In this document: positions 29,052 through 44,279 of the stretch, piece after piece | How the letters are laid out: each line of letters starts with the position of its first letter | Numbering within the stretch: position 1 is the stretch's first letter | From: Eledone cirrhosa | Lineage: Eukaryota | NCBI GenBank assembly: GCA_964016885.1 | Contig: OZ024760.1 | Location: forward strand, 13,516,001 to 13,580,000 | Length of the DNA stretch: 64,000 bases | Direction: 5' to 3' | Made by a program: the position numbers and the translations under genes | Notes under the pieces: model-generated | What the model was told of the DNA's origin: nothing | Database searches by the model: none | Seen by the model: only the letters and a program-made list of their open reading frames with translations

Positions 29052-29971
29052 GGTGTGTGACAAGCTGAGAGAGAGAGGGGGAGATAAGGAAGAAGAGGAA
29101 GAGGAAAAAGAAACAGAAGTAGGATTTCTGCTTTTGTTTTGTCTTTTTGGTTGTTGTTGTTGTTGATGTTATTGTTGTTGTTGCAGTTGGTGTTGTTGAT
29201 ATATATATATGTGTGTGTGTGTGTGTGTCCTCTAACCCATGCCGGCATGGAAAAATGGACATTAAATGATGATGATGATGATGGTGTGTGCGAGTGTGTG
29301 TATATGTGTATATATGTGTGTGTGTGAATGTGTGTATATGTGTGTGTGTGTGTATATATGTGCGTATGTATGTGAATGTGCGTATATATGTGTGTATGTG
29401 AATGTGCGTGTATGTGTGTGTGTATATATATGTGTATGTGTGTGAATGTGTGTGTATGTGTATATGTGAGTGTGTGTGTATATATGTGTGTGTGTATGTG
29501 TATATATGTGTGTGTGTGTGAATGTGTGTGTATATGTGTATATATGTGTGTGTATATATGTGTATATGTGTGTGTGTATGTTTATATATATATCTCTGCA
29601 GGAAATAATAAAAAACACCTCAACAAAAACCTACCGAATGAGATTTATGCCGAATATCTGATCATTAAATAAACAAATATCAGAAACAGAGAACACGCAT
29701 ATACATACATATATACATACATATATATACACACATAAAAGGGAAGGTAAATATTGATGCTATAGGTGTGTGATGAAAGAACTTTGATAGACTATATATA
29801 TATATTTATATCTGTATCTTTAACCATTGATTGCCAGATAAATTAACTATTGGGTTATAAAAGATACAGAAGCGAAAACCAATCCAAACCAAACAGTGAG
29901 TGTGTTTTATTATTATTTCTGGCAATATTATAACAATATGACCCTCCCTAAATACAACAATATATACATAC

Positions 29972-30015
<44 letters not shown>

Positions 30016-30349
30016 CCATCGAAATGGCTTGAGCTCTCCCGTCGGAGTCAAACATTTTCCTATTACCTACTCTACTACCCTAAGTATTAAGTACTCTGGT
30101 GCGTTATGGTCCATCTGGTTCCTTAACACACCTCCTTCGTTACATATATATATATACATATATACATATATATACAAACATATATATATATACATATATA
30201 TAGCTATTATTCCAGTTAATTTCGTTTGTGGACTATAAATTATATGCTCCAATTAACTTGTACGCTTTGGATGAAATCTGAAGATTATGCCGAAGCAGCA
30301 TAGTGTAATAACACACACACACAGACATATATATAGTAGCTAGAATACG

Positions 30350-30760
30350 TACAGGCTAGAAAAGGTTTAAGGAGATCCTACTTCTGTTGACAACAAAAGG
30401 TTTCTCTCTATGAATGAAATATTGCCTGTGTGTGATGTACAAGGTTGCATGGTAGTGAGACATTGACAGTGAACGGAGAGGATATGTGAAGGTGACTGGA
30501 GAGACATGAAACAAGAATGCTTTGATGGATGTGCAATGTTAATGTGTGATAAAGACAAAGCATGGAATTGTGAAGAGAAATGCAGCGTATAAGAGGAATC
30601 AGATGTAGTGGACAGGATAGAAGACTTTATTGGTAATGTGATGTGTACGGATGATAATCATTGGGTGAAGAAGTACCAGGAAATTCCAGTGAAAGGAAGC
30701 TGCAAAAGAGGGAGATCAAAGAAGACATGAGAAGAAGTTGTGGGGGGAAATACCACAGGG
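30350..30760 (+). mobile_element. Decayed RTE LINE 3' fragment followed by (GAT)n
   Basis: Diverged nucleotide similarity to 59230-59640 (ctacttctgttgacaacaaaaggtttctc, gcatggtagtgagacattg, tggatgtgcaatgt). Confidence 0.7.
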
Positions 30761-30779
30761 CAGAGAAGAAGAAGAAGAA

Positions 30780-30858
<79 letters not shown>

Positions 30859-30865
30859 GTGGTGG

Positions 30866-30930
<65 letters not shown>

Positions 30931-31519
30931 ATGATGATGATGATGATGATGACGATGGTACTGGTGATGATTTAGAAATCGTGGGCAGTGGTTTTCATTA
31001 GAAATATCTTAACAAAAGAGTTAATATTGATACAAAGACAATTGATTTTTAATCAGCGTAAGCTTTTTTTTTAAAAAAATAATAATAATAAAATATAATT
31101 TCATAATTTCCTGAACAAGATGGAATCACTGTAAAGAGAACTGAAGTGTTTCTTTTTTTTTTTTTTTTTGCTTAGTTGAGGTTTCTATTCTTAAACAATT
31201 TGTTGAATATTTGAAAAAAAAAACAATTGTCTGTTCTTTGACAAATGGAAAATATCTGACAATATGTGGTTTTGTAGATTTCTGGTTTCTTTGCCATATT
31301 TAAACGAATTTAACATCAATTTCCAGAGATCTGACAAATTACTGTGTCATTCTTAATAATTTCAACAAAAAGAAACATTTGAAAAATATTTGAAATCAAA
31401 ATAAACATTTTTCAATGAGATGCCAATGGCAACACTTAAAATATTTTCTAAACTTTCAAAATAGTTGCCTAGATTTTTAAAATACTTGCCCAGATTTTCA
31501 AATTCATGAGAAAACAGAC

Positions 31520-31905
31520 TCTCTCCTGAGAGAGTCACGGGGGCAGAGTTCTCAAACACTCCTTCCAGCAGATCTTGTCAGAAGCAACTGTCTCCAACTG
31601 ATCCGGCTGGATCCCCAAGTGAGACCAGCCAATCTCATGGATGTTATCCAACCATCTTGCTCGAGGTTTACCCCTAGATATCCTGTTGGTTAGTTTTGCA
31701 CATAAAATCTGTCCAGCGATTCTTTCCTGAGACATTCTAACCACAAGCCCATAGTATCAGAGCTGTGATCTCTTAATTTGGAGAAGTAGCGGCTCTACCT
31801 GGAGTGACTCTCTGATCTCCGAGCTATAAAATCTGTCCAGCAATTCTTTCCTGAGACATTCTAACCACATGTCCACAGTATCGGAGCTGTGATCTCTCAA
31901 TTCAG
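31520..31905 (-). mobile_element. RTE LINE C-terminal fragment with ~125-bp internal duplication
   Basis: VRMSQERIAGQIL...RGKPRARWLDNI...W. aaaatctgtccagc.attctttcctgagacattctaaccac occurs twice. Confidence 0.75.
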
Positions 31906-33384
31906 AGCCAGCTAATCAGCATATTATATTTAGATGGCAGTGTTTTGAAATGTTTAGGAGTGGAAAATATATTTATGAAGTTTTAATATTTTGTTGTTTA
32001 AAATATTTTAAGTGTTGTTTGGAGTATATATTACGTACTGAATTTTTTATCAATTTCCAACCATTTTGAAAGCCATATTCAGTTCAAAACACATCAAAAG
32101 ATATATATAAGAAAAACAAATTTCAACTCCAAAGTGAAAATATTTTAGCACATGCTAGAAACAGCAGTGAATTCTTCTTCGAATCATATCATATCCTCTT
32201 CAATAGAGACACATTTTCTACTGTTGTGGTTGTTGATGTAGTAATAGTAGTAGTAGTAGTGGTAGTGGTAGTGGTAGTGGTAGCAGTTGTTGTTGTTGTA
32301 GTTGTTTCTGTGTAATACCAGATCAACAGTGATGTTGATCAAAACAGATCTAGAATCTTAAACCACACACACACACATAAATATAATATATATACAACCA
32401 CATACATATATCCATATACACACGTGCACACAAATACACACATATATCTATATACACATGCATCCACACACTGCAGAGTCCTGTCTGTGCTCATTACTAC
32501 AGAAATTGAGGAAGTGTCACAACAAACAACAATAACAACAATAATAATTGACATAACAGAAGAAAGAATATATAAAAATAATAATAAAACAGCCCCACCC
32601 CTCCCCCCTCCCAAACAAACCAACCAAAACGAAGATGGATTAAGAAGAAGAAGAAGGAGGAGGAGGGGGGAGACGAAGAATCCAAGTTACTGGAGTTAAT
32701 AATATTGGTTTGATGTTAGAGTCAAAGACGGAATTGACAGGACTGAGGGGAGGGGGTAGTAGTGGTGGTGGTGGTGGTGTTAGTGGTGGTGGTGGTGGTG
32801 GTGGTGGTGGTAGTGGTGGTGGTGGTGGTAATGGGGGTAGTGGTGGTGGTTGTGGTGTTAGTGGTGGTGGTAGTGGTGGTAGTGGTAGTGGTAATGGGGG
32901 TAGTGGTGGTGGTTGTGGTGTTAGTGGTGGTGGTAGTGGTGGTGGTAATGGGGGTAGTGTTAGTGGTGGGTACTAGTGATAGTGATGCTGGTGGTAGTGG
33001 TGGTGGTAATGGTAGTGGTGGTGGTGTTAGTGGTGGTGGTGGTGGTGTTAGTGGTGGTGGTGTTAGTGGCGGTGGTGGTGTGGTGTGGAGGGAGGAAGGT
33101 CAGAGGAGAGGGGCAAGGGATTAGTTCTACTTTACAATCAGATTGACATCCAAAGAATCAAGGAAAAACAAAAGTATTGTATAAAGAAAATCTTTGAATT
33201 TGTGTATAAATACGTGTGTGTGTGTCTGTGTGTGTGTGTTTGTATATATGTATATATATACATACGTGGTTGATGGCTGAGAAATAGGAGTACTCAATAC
33301 TGAAGTAGAGTTATAATATTCATTTATATTAAGGCTAAAAAGCGAATAACACGGCTCACATTTTACCCTTTATATATATATATA

Positions 33385-33700
33385 TGTAAAAGGTAAACAG
33401 AAATAACAACACAATCGGTACAGTATATGGAAGGAATACAGTATATATTAGTTTAACATTTGAAATAGCAGGAAGAGGGTCTTAACGTTTCGGACGCTAG
33501 TCCTTCATCAGAAGAAAGAATGAGAAATAAGATAGATTGAGGGGACGGGAGGGTTGGAATTAGAAAAAAAGTCATTAGATAAAAATAACAGGTCCATTCA
33601 TGTTGACATCTTTTGCAAATCTGTTGGTGCTGGCGTTTTGTGTATGATTTATTTTTTTAGAAAAGTGGATGATGGAGCGCGCCTACCTGAAAAAAAACCG
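33385..33700 (-). mobile_element. Penelope-pLTR-like fragment with minimal hammerhead at 33478-33518
   Basis: tctt CTGATGA a ggac tagc gtcc GAAACGTT aaga, with palindromic aacgtt stem III. The element ends in (TA)n. Confidence 0.65.
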
Positions 33701-33805
33701 TTTTATATATTTATATATATTTATGACAATGAATTTGTTATTTAAGGTTTTTGATATGACATATATATATATACACACATATTTTGTGTAAGTATATACA
33801 TACTT

Positions 33806-33854
<49 letters not shown>

Positions 33855-34482
33855 ATAGAAATATGTGTGTGTGTTTGTATATAAATGGAATTTGCATCCA
33901 TACCATACCATACCATACCATTTTTGGTGTTGTTTATGTTTGTATGCACAGCAGAGATTTGTCAGAGAGTGTCAGGAGAGATGGAGAGATAGAAAGGTGG
34001 AAAGATAGAAAGGTCGAGAGAGAGATGGAGAGGTGGAGAGAGAGATGGAGAGGTGGAGAGAGAGATTTGGAGAGATGGAGAGGTGGAGAGAGAGAGAGGA
34101 AGAGAAGTGATGATAGACAAAAAAACAAGTCTTAGTAGATGAGATGTGATGTATTTTCAGATGTAAAATTTCTGGATGGAACCAAACCCAACCCAAAACC
34201 TGTGATGGAGCAACTATATATATATTACACTCTGTCGTCTCACTCTATTGCATGGCTAGATGATATATGACCTGAGGTGCAATGGTTGCGATTAGGTGTG
34301 TGTGTGTGAATGCATTGGAGACTGTGTGTGTATATGTGTTAGAGACTGTGTGTATATGTGTATGTGAGACTATGTGTGTGTATATATGTATGTGTTTGCG
34401 ATGATAGAGTGACAGGAGACAGGACATACGTGACCTGTTGGCACTTGATTTATTTCTCTCTCAAAACAACCAGCTTATATAC

Positions 34483-34536
<54 letters not shown>

Positions 34537-34684
34537 CACACACACATATATACATATATATAATACTCATCATTTTATCTTCACTGTTACACGCTTGCTT
34601 GGTTTTGGTGGGTAATTTTCATCGCTTGTCATTTTCCTTGTCATCTCCTCTGTGAGCTGTTATATATCTATAATTTTATGACTT

Positions 34685-34718
<34 letters not shown>

Positions 34719-34719
34719 C

Positions 34720-34770
<51 letters not shown>

Positions 34771-34779
34771 CATACATAC

Positions 34780-35047
34780 AAAGGTTATATTTAATTTGTT
34801 GGAATTCAACAAACTTAAAAGTTTTATAACTGATATAAAGCACTCAACAGTTTGGTGGAGTAAATATTCATTATCCAGCGAACCTCCAACCGTCAAGGTT
34901 GTTCTTCTGCGGGTATGTCAACATTTATAAAACAAATTTTGTATTTTATCTGATGAAAGCACACCAAAATTTCCCTTGGTTGCCCTTGAAATATATATAA
35001 TAAAATAATTATGGTTTTATAAATATAGTTTCCATTTATTAATATAA
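34780..35047 (+). mobile_element. ~265-bp HHR element in (TA)n, hammerhead at 34942-35007
   Basis: tattttat CTGATGA aag...ctt GAAA tatatata ataaaata. Homologous to 18565-18705 and 26521-26790. Confidence 0.7.
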
Positions 35048-35887
35048 TGTTTATATATATATATATAATATATAATACATATATATATATGCCCTTCCTA
35101 ACACCAACAACATTTACAGTGTGGAGCTGGATGGCTAAGGAAATTTAGTTTCTATTTCTAGCAAATCTCGAGACCACATAGAAGCTCCTGGAGAAGAGTA
35201 TTATATTTCTACCTTTACAGTGTTTAGAATGTTACATCATAGTTGAGCTCAGGTAATTACAGAGAGAAGTAATTTTTAATTGTAGTAATTAACTAGATTG
35301 TAGACAAGCAATTAATTCAATTCATTAAGGTGAATTAGAGACCTAACTTCCATATCAGTGATAGTTTTATTTCTAAATGGTTCCATCTAACATCTCTTCT
35401 GTTGGTCTCTTCTACGGATCTCATGCAGTCAGTTTTATATTTGTCATCAAATCTTGCAATCCCTCCTGGGTTACAGAGCCCTCCCAGTTTTAACAACATC
35501 ACCTGGCACTTGTGTGCCTTTAACAGAGTTTTTATTCTGTTGCAAAGATTTAGGCCAAGTTTCATTATATTGAGGTCAATAAAAAAAACCCAAGACCTGT
35601 ACTAGGGTCGATTCTTCTTCTATATCTCTTCTCACTTCCTCCCTATCTTTTAAGGTCGATAAAAAAAGTACCAGTCAAGTACTGTGGTCGATTCTTCCTC
35701 TATATCTTTTTTCACTTCCTCGCTATCACTCTCTTTCTCTCAAAGAAATCAGACGTGTTCAGACCTGGTGAGTAGAGTGCTCTGCCAGGTTTAAAATACC
35801 CTAAAACATGCCATATTTCACTACAGTGCCACTATGAATCTTTCAAGAGGTTGGGGTCCAAAGAAAAATTATTATTATTATTACTCC

Positions 35888-36008
35888 ATTCTGAGTTCAA
35901 ATTCTGCCGAGGTTAACTTTGCCTTTCATCCTTACGGAGTTGATAAAATAAAGTACCAGTAATACACTGAGTAATTGCAGGCCTTGTGCCAAAAGTAGAA
36001 ACAATTAT
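35888..36008 (+). mobile_element. SINE family B, 5'-truncated
   Basis: Matches the 3' half of 20848-21034. Confidence 0.8.
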
Positions 36009-36136
36009 TATTGCTCTATAGTTCCACTGTACCAAAAAAGAAAAGAAATTCTGTGGCATCAACACTATAGACATATTAATGTAAATATTAGAAAGTAGTT
36101 ACAGAGACCAGAAATTATATTTATATATATAAATAC

Positions 36137-36200
<64 letters not shown>

Positions 36201-36334
36201 TGTATAATTTCCGGTGTTTGATGACAGAAGTGATTGGATGCACATATTTATATGAGTAAGTATTTGCTTATATATATATATACACACATATAGGTATACA
36301 CATATATATAGATATGGACACATACACAAACATA

Positions 36335-36367
<33 letters not shown>

Positions 36368-36776
36368 GCTATGTGCATATATATAGATATATACACACAC
36401 AAAATATATATATATAACAATAATGTAATAATCAGCCTTCAGTGTCTCATCAAGTGTCTATATGTATGTCAATGTATATTTGCATGTCTTGAATACTTCT
36501 GTGTAAAAATTAATATTCAGCCAACCCCAAAACATGTAAATTAAATAGGAATTCTACCTGCTTTTCAGAATCCAATTTTCTGCCCAATAAAATTTATTTC
36601 AAATATTCATATATTTTATAATCTCTGCTTCCTTATTTCTGTCATCTTTGCATACCAATCTTGTTATTTTTATTACTTTTAAGAGAAAACTAATAGTATT
36701 TTTCTAGCTTTTTATCCTTTTGTTTATTCACCAGCTTATCCATCTCTCTCTCTCTCTCTATCATCATCATCATCAT

Positions 36777-36897
<121 letters not shown>

Positions 36898-37077
36898 CCT
36901 CTATGTAACTATGTTTTATTCTCTGTGTGTTTCTAGCTATATATATATATTGTCCTCTATGTAACTGTGCCATTCTTAGTGTTTCTATTTATCATCCTCT
37001 ATATACACATATTTTCTTTTTTCTTGCAACTCTCTCAGTACAGCCAATGCTTTCTCTTAGCTTTCTTTCAATTATAA

Positions 37078-37262
37078 TAATTGTTTCTACTTTTGGCACA
37101 AGGCCAGCAATAACCCAGAACATTACTGGTACTTTATTTTATCGACCCCGTAAGGATGAAAGGCAAAGTTAACCTCGGCGGGATTTGAACTCAGAATGGC
37201 AAGGGCCGTAACTCTATGCGTCAAAGCATAGTGTCCGACCCTCTACCGATACTGCCAATCAA
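37078..37262 (-). mobile_element. SINE family B
   Basis: Reverse complement of 20848-21034. Confidence 0.85.
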
Positions 37263-37917
37263 TACTTTTTAAACAGTTTTGTTTGTTCTTTTCTATGTTT
37301 TCCTTTTGTAAATTGGTATCTGTTTTTTTATCACCGGCTTTTGACTTTATTTTCTTCCATAAATCTGGCTACTTCTGAATTCAGTCATATTTCCAATTTA
37401 GTTATATTCTCAATTTTAGCAGGTATTCTTTTTCTATTTATTTCTATTTATGTTTCATTTGTTCTATCCATCTATCTATCCACCCCTAGCTCTATCTATA
37501 TATCTATCTGTTTATCTAACCACCACCATACCTATCTCTCCCTTCACCCATCTATCTATATATATATCTATCTGTTTATCTAGCCACCCCCTACCTATCT
37601 CTCCCCCACCTATCTATCAACCTCACCAACCCACCCACCTCTTCTTCCCCCACCATCTATCTATCTATATATCTATCTAGCTATGTTTAATTCATCTGAA
37701 ATATATTTTCAAATTTAATGAAGCCATTCAAATAAATGGAAGATATGATGCAGAGAGAATATTTTACCATCAAGACATTTGATAGAGTTTTCTCTCTCTC
37801 TTTCTAAAGCAGACATTAAAATGATGATGATGATGGTATATATATGTATGTTTGTGTGTGTGAGAGAGGGAGAGAGTATATATATATAATTGTTTCTACT
37901 TTAGGCACAAGGCCAGC

Positions 37918-37948
<31 letters not shown>

Positions 37949-38027
37949 ATGTGTGTCTGTATATACATATAAATATTTGTGCGCATGTGTATACATATAT
38001 ATGTGTGTGTATGTGCATATATATATG

Positions 38028-38058
<31 letters not shown>

Positions 38059-38744
38059 ATATATATATATAAATATATATATATATACATACACACACAT
38101 GTATATGCATATATATAATACATGTGTGTGTGTGAGAGAGAAAGAGAGAGGTGGTCATAAATAATTAGATCTATAGACATACAGAAGATACTTAAATAGC
38201 TGTATCTGCAGGAATGCTAATATATTTACCATTACTATAAAATACATAAACAATATTTTCTACCATTTTCTACCAGTTCAGCATGTTGCAATCAAATATA
38301 TGACTATAAAACATCGTTATTTAACACTTGTTTAACTTCTCTCAGGCGGCAAATTGGCAGAGTTGTTAGAATGTCGGATAGAATGCCTTGTGGTATTTGT
38401 TTCAGCTGTCTGCTCTCTGAGTTCAAATCCTGCCAAAGTCAACTTTGCCTTTCATACTTTTGAGGGTCGCTAAAATAAAGTTGATCAAAAACCAGGTGGA
38501 GTAAAACCTGTTTGGGATTCATACTTAGCTTGAACTTGTTAGAGAGAGAGTGTCTGTGTGTGTAAAAGAATGGGAGAGAGAGAGAGAGACTGAACAATAC
38601 AGGTAAATAAAAATAAGTAAATAAGTGTAGATGTTCTCTCTCTTTCATTCACTGCCTGTGTCTCTCTCGAAGTACCAGTCAAATTCTGGGGGCAGTTTTA
38701 TTCAACATCTCTTTCATCCTTTCTACCAAAAAAAGAATGTTGGC

Positions 38745-38973
38745 TTAAGCCTTTAGCATTTAGACCGGTTGTATCCGGCCAGGATTCTCTCACCTCATTC
38801 TGTTCAAACTGGCTATAACCAGCTACTCATACTGATGTTAATATATTGTTCTCAAAATAAATAATACCAAAATCTCATAGATTCGATATTACGTGGGATA
38901 ATTATGTGAGGTAAAGTCTTTACAGTGAAAATATAATAGTAAATAAAGAGTAATGTAAATGCTAGAGGGTTAA
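38745..38973. mobile_element. piggyBac-like MITE, second copy
   Basis: ttaa-gcctttagcattt ... aaatgctagaggg-ttaa; homologous to 17526-17750 in the opposite orientation. Confidence 0.7.
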
Positions 38974-39372
38974 ATTCTAAAAAAGTTTGTCACCCCTAAT
39001 TTTGAGGGGTTGATGTTAGTGCCTTTACCCCCATCCTCTCCATAAATTGCAGGTCTTATGTCGAGATGTGATATCATTATTTTTGGTGAAAAATAATTGA
39101 CAATTTCCAAAGAAAAAATTGAAAATATTTGCCCATTGCCTGTAGTGTGTGATTTCAATTGGTTACGGAAATTTCCCAGGTTATTACTAAGGTGGCATTT
39201 AATGCAGCATAGAGCTTTCTAGGAAAAATATTGTTAAAACTAGAAATATTTATAACTTATTTTCAAAAATGTCACTTCTTTAAATATGTTTTTCCTTTTG
39301 TTTTATATATATTTTCCTTCTATGTATGTATATATATATATATATATAAATATATATATGTGTGTGTGTGTG

Positions 39373-39419
<47 letters not shown>

Positions 39420-39431
39420 TATGTGTGTGTG

Positions 39432-39489
<58 letters not shown>

Positions 39490-39506
39490 ATAATATATAT
39501 ATATAT

Positions 39507-39852
39507 AGACACATGTCTTAGTGGTTAGAGCATTGACCTTGCAATCGAAGGGTTGTGAGTTCAATTCTCAGACCGGGTGTTGTGTTGTTTCCTTGAACAA
39601 GACACTTTATTTCACATTGCTCCAGTTTACTCATCTGTAAAAATGAGATGATAGGGACTGGGGTCCATATCATTCCACTGCAAAGTGGTCGTGGAGGTGC
39701 CATGGCAAAAGACCACCCAGCACTCACTGTAAATGAGGTTGGTGTTAGGAAGGGCATCCAGCTGAAGAAATCAAGCCAGAATCAGTTGCCGTCCCACCCT
39801 TGCAAGCAGGGAAAAGTGGACGTAAAATAATGATGGTGATGATGATGATGAT
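39507..39852 (+). mobile_element. SINE family A
   Basis: Colinear with 13827-14165. Confidence 0.9.
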
Positions 39853-39966
39853 ATATATATATATATAATATATATAAGTAATGTTTTTTTTTAAATTAAT
39901 TACTATCCCTCTATTCTCGGTTTTATGCTGATTTTGACAATTCAGAGGAAGCTAGAAAATACTATA

Positions 39967-40000
<34 letters not shown>

Positions 40001-40797
40001 TTACCACCACCTATAATAATAATAATGATAATAACAATAACAACAAGAAAAGGAGGGTTGAACCATCATATCAACATATTTATAATATGGATTGTTGTTG
40101 TTTTTATTATTGTTTTAATATATTTAACTTTATATATTTTATTGCCTAGCGACAATATAATTTTGTTTTATTATTATTATTGTTGTTTTAAATTATTATT
40201 ATTATTTCAAATTATATTTTAGTTTAATTTTGAACACCTGTGGCATTACAATAAGCTGCATAGTAACCATAACACTCACATGTGGAGTTCATCAATGGAC
40301 TAATAAATATATATAAATACATATGAAAAAAAGAAAGATCAATACTCTATAAATTTCTATTTCACATTATTGGGTGGGGGGAGGGGGTTAAATATTTTAT
40401 TTAAATTTTATTTTCATTTCATTTCTCCAATAAGCAGAAAACTATTTGTGAAAGATATTCTCAGATTCTGCTGCCATCACCACCACCAACAATAACAACA
40501 ACATTACCACCACAGCTACTGCTTCGACTTTCCAATTTATTCCATATAAGATTTGCTTAAATTATTATAGTACACTACACAGAGATAACTATATATCATC
40601 ATCATCATCCTCACCATTTAACGTCCATTTTGTACGCTAGCATGGGCTGGACAAGCTGTGCTGTTGTAAGACAAGCCAGGTCAGATGACTGTGTGGCTCA
40701 TACAGAACTAATTTTGGTTTGGTTTAGCACTGGTTGCCCTTCCTAACGCTAATATATATATATATATAGTGTCCACGTTCTATATAGATTACATTAT

Positions 40798-40995
40798 CAG
40801 ACCTGCCAACTTCTAAAAACCCAAACGGGGAGTACCATGAAAAAAGAAAAAAAAAAGTGCCCCAAAATAGGGAGGAATGAGGCAAAAATATGGAAGTTTT
40901 ACATAATGAAAGCTATACCTATTATCACAAGAGAAGACATCTGTCAAATTGGGTGGGAGATCTTCCCCGTCAGATGGGGAGAATTGACATGTCTG
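40798..40995. mobile_element. hAT-like MITE
   Basis: Imperfect TIRs cagacctgccaact / aattgacatgtctg. No clear TSD. Confidence 0.5.
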
Positions 40996-42087
40996 CGATT
41001 TTACCCATCAACATCCCACCCCCACCTCCCTTTGTCCCTTCCTTTCTTTAGAATGGTTCCTTTCCAAAACACCTTGACCAATGGTGTTATCAAACATGCT
41101 AACCTTCAGTTCTAACGACATTACACCTGATATTACCTGGTTTCTCAGAAATAAGCAGAATATGTCTCTCACTCAAATATGGCCGCCGTGATAACGAGAG
41201 ACGACAAATCAACTGTAATTAAGGGATATTAGTCATTGTGTTAATTGCAAACAATCACTTCAATTATTGGAGGTGGTGGTGGTGGTGTTGTTTAGCCCCA
41301 GGTCAGCTCTGACAAAGCAGACCTGTGACCAAAAGTTATTTCAGACATGACTAACGCATCCTTTTTGTTTATTTGTTTTTTCAGATACAGTATATAAGAT
41401 GTATTATCTTTTCTAAGATGTTAGGGTGTGATCTGTGGTAGATGTAGCTGCTATTTGCAGCAAATTCAGATTCCACATAGAGGATCCCTCATTGTCTCAT
41501 GGTGAGTAATGCTTTATCCATCTGGTGGAGATGTGTGTGTTAGTATGTGTATGTGTGTATGTTTCTGTTAGTATGTGTGTGTTAGAGTGTATATCAACAT
41601 CATCATCATATATATATATATATATAGTGAAAATAGTGTAGATGTTAGAAAATGTTCTATACATATCATGTTATATAATAAAAGAGATAATAAAAAAACG
41701 CACCTGGTATATGTAATAAAAAAAGGAACTTTGTAACAGGTACAAAAAATTGGTTTTTAGTGAAGCCTGCTTTCTCTTACGCTTTCAAAGACATATTTTG
41801 AGTCGGAGCAAGGTATGTCATGACTAATTCTGGCCAGACTTGCCTCCCGACTTGGACAACCCATCTAACACATGTCAGCATGGAAAATTGACACTAAACG
41901 GTGATGTTGATGATGATGATGAGAGAGAGAGAGAGAGACATGGATATATATATAGAGAGAGAGAGCAAGAGAGATGGTGACATATATATATATATATGTA
42001 TTTATATATATATATATAGAGAGAGAGACATGGATATATATATATATATATATATATAATGTGTGGTGACAGTCAATTTTCAACTGT

Positions 42088-42371
<284 letters not shown>

Positions 42372-42965
42372 AGGTGACATAGAGAGAGAGGATATATTGC
42401 TGTAAAGCATATTGGAGAGATTTTTCTAAACATTAATTTCCTCTAAATGTAACTATTGATTTCTGTGATTGTGAAGAGAGAATGTGGTTGCTCTGCCAGT
42501 TATTTATTAGTGCTGACGTTAACCTTACATCATTCAGCTGTTGTCATTGAAGGTTTCACCTTTCTATGCCCTCAACATTAATATTTTATATCTCATATTT
42601 ACATTTCATCCTATTTTCTTCAATCCTCAATTCTATTAAGAATTTAATTAAAGTCAATCAAGAATTCTAATTTTTTTAATTTTTTAATCTTATTTATTAT
42701 TATTATTTTTATTTTATTTTATTTTTTATTTATTTATTTATTTTTTGTTTTATTTTATCTTTTTGGCAGATAATTTTTTTTTTTCTGTTCAATCAAGAAT
42801 TCTCTAAGAATCACTACAAATAATTCCTTTTATTTTCTTTGAATTACAAAAGAAAAAAAATGTTTTAATTATGTTCTTAAAATAATTAAATTCTTTAAGC
42901 ACTGGTGTCGTATTTATCTGATTCTCTTTTTAAAAGGTCCATTATTATTATTATTATTATTATTA

Positions 42966-43238
42966 TGAGTATGCACCTGTAGACTGAAGAGTGGGAAAAC
43001 TGAGAGAGGGCGCTTGCCCCGGTGGTCAGGGTGGCCGTGGTCTTTTGCGTGGTTTTTGCCACGAGTGACCCTCGGAGGCTTCCCCCTTATTGGGGAATTT
43101 TTTGTTGTTTGAATTTTAATTTATTTTACACGTTTCTGTCTTTTATAACCTTTTTACACGGCCAAAACCCACTTTGTATTGTCCTGTGCCGTCTGTAATG
43201 TTTTTCTTCGTGTTAGCCCTTGTGGCCAATAAAGGAAC

Positions 43239-43270
<32 letters not shown>
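42966..43270 (+). mobile_element. Probable LINE (L1/Tx1-like) 3' UTR with (ATT)n tail, inserted in (ATT)n
   Basis: GC-rich hairpin-prone segment, then a T-rich stretch and gcccttgtggccaataaag. Flanked on both sides by cc(att)n. Confidence 0.45.
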
Positions 43271-43272
<2 letters not shown>

Positions 43273-44098
43273 AAAAAATAAAAAATAAACCAAAAATTGT
43301 TATTATTATTATTTTTGGTTAATCTTACAGGCTTTGGGTTAATACATCCTACACAATCATATTTATTTTTTTTGAATTTCAATTAGTAAAATTCTAATTT
43401 GATCATTGTTTCTTAAATGAAATAATAATTTTTGTTTACCTGACAGATATTGAAGTTTCCAATTGCAAGCTTATTTCTTAAGCTCATTTTAAAATGGGAT
43501 AGGTCAATAAAGAAGCCTCAAGACATGCTAAAAATGACAGCCAAATTGTCAAATTAGATTCATGTTAGATGGGTAGTTAGGTGGTTTGAGATAGGTAGAT
43601 AAATAGATAGGTAGATAAATAGATAGGTTGATAGGTATATATATATATATCATCATCATAATCATCATTTTATGTCCGCTTTTCCTTCCTTGCTCTCACC
43701 ACCTCCGCCCATGTTTTTCGTGGTCTTCCTCTACTGTGTCTTCCTTTCACTGACAAAACAGAGGCACAAAATGTCTTATTAGTTTCACGTTTTATATGGA
43801 AAAGAGGAAACAAAGTTTGACGTGTTGGGCTTTAGCCCGTCTTCAGGAATACAAAAATAGAGAAACAGAAATTAAAAGTTAGTCTAAGTAAAAAAAAAGC
43901 AAAAATAAAGAGAGTAAACAAGACAAACCGGTAGGTAGTCTTGGTGTATGTGTTTGTATATATATATCATCATCATCATCATCATCATCATCATCGTTTA
44001 ACGTCTATCTTCCACACATATATATATATAATATATATATATATATATACTGTATATAACATATAATATAATATATATATATATATATACTGTATATA

Positions 44099-44156
<58 letters not shown>

Positions 44157-44243
44157 TATATAGAGTATATATATATATATATTATATATATATATGTGGA
44201 AGATAGACGTTAAACGATGATGATGATGATGATGATGATGATG

Positions 44244-44275
<32 letters not shown>

Positions 44276-44279
<4 letters not shown>

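Noticed and set aside
35335-35565. 76-aa minus ORF faintly resembling an RLE-LINE RT region
   Set aside because: Too diverged to support without a search.
43812-43852. Degenerate HHR (minus strand: ctgaaga cgggctaaagccc aacacgtc)
   Set aside because: The GAAA core is lost. It is probably a decayed copy and was not counted; the same applies to ~17360-17392, ~20230-20262 and ~30278-30310.
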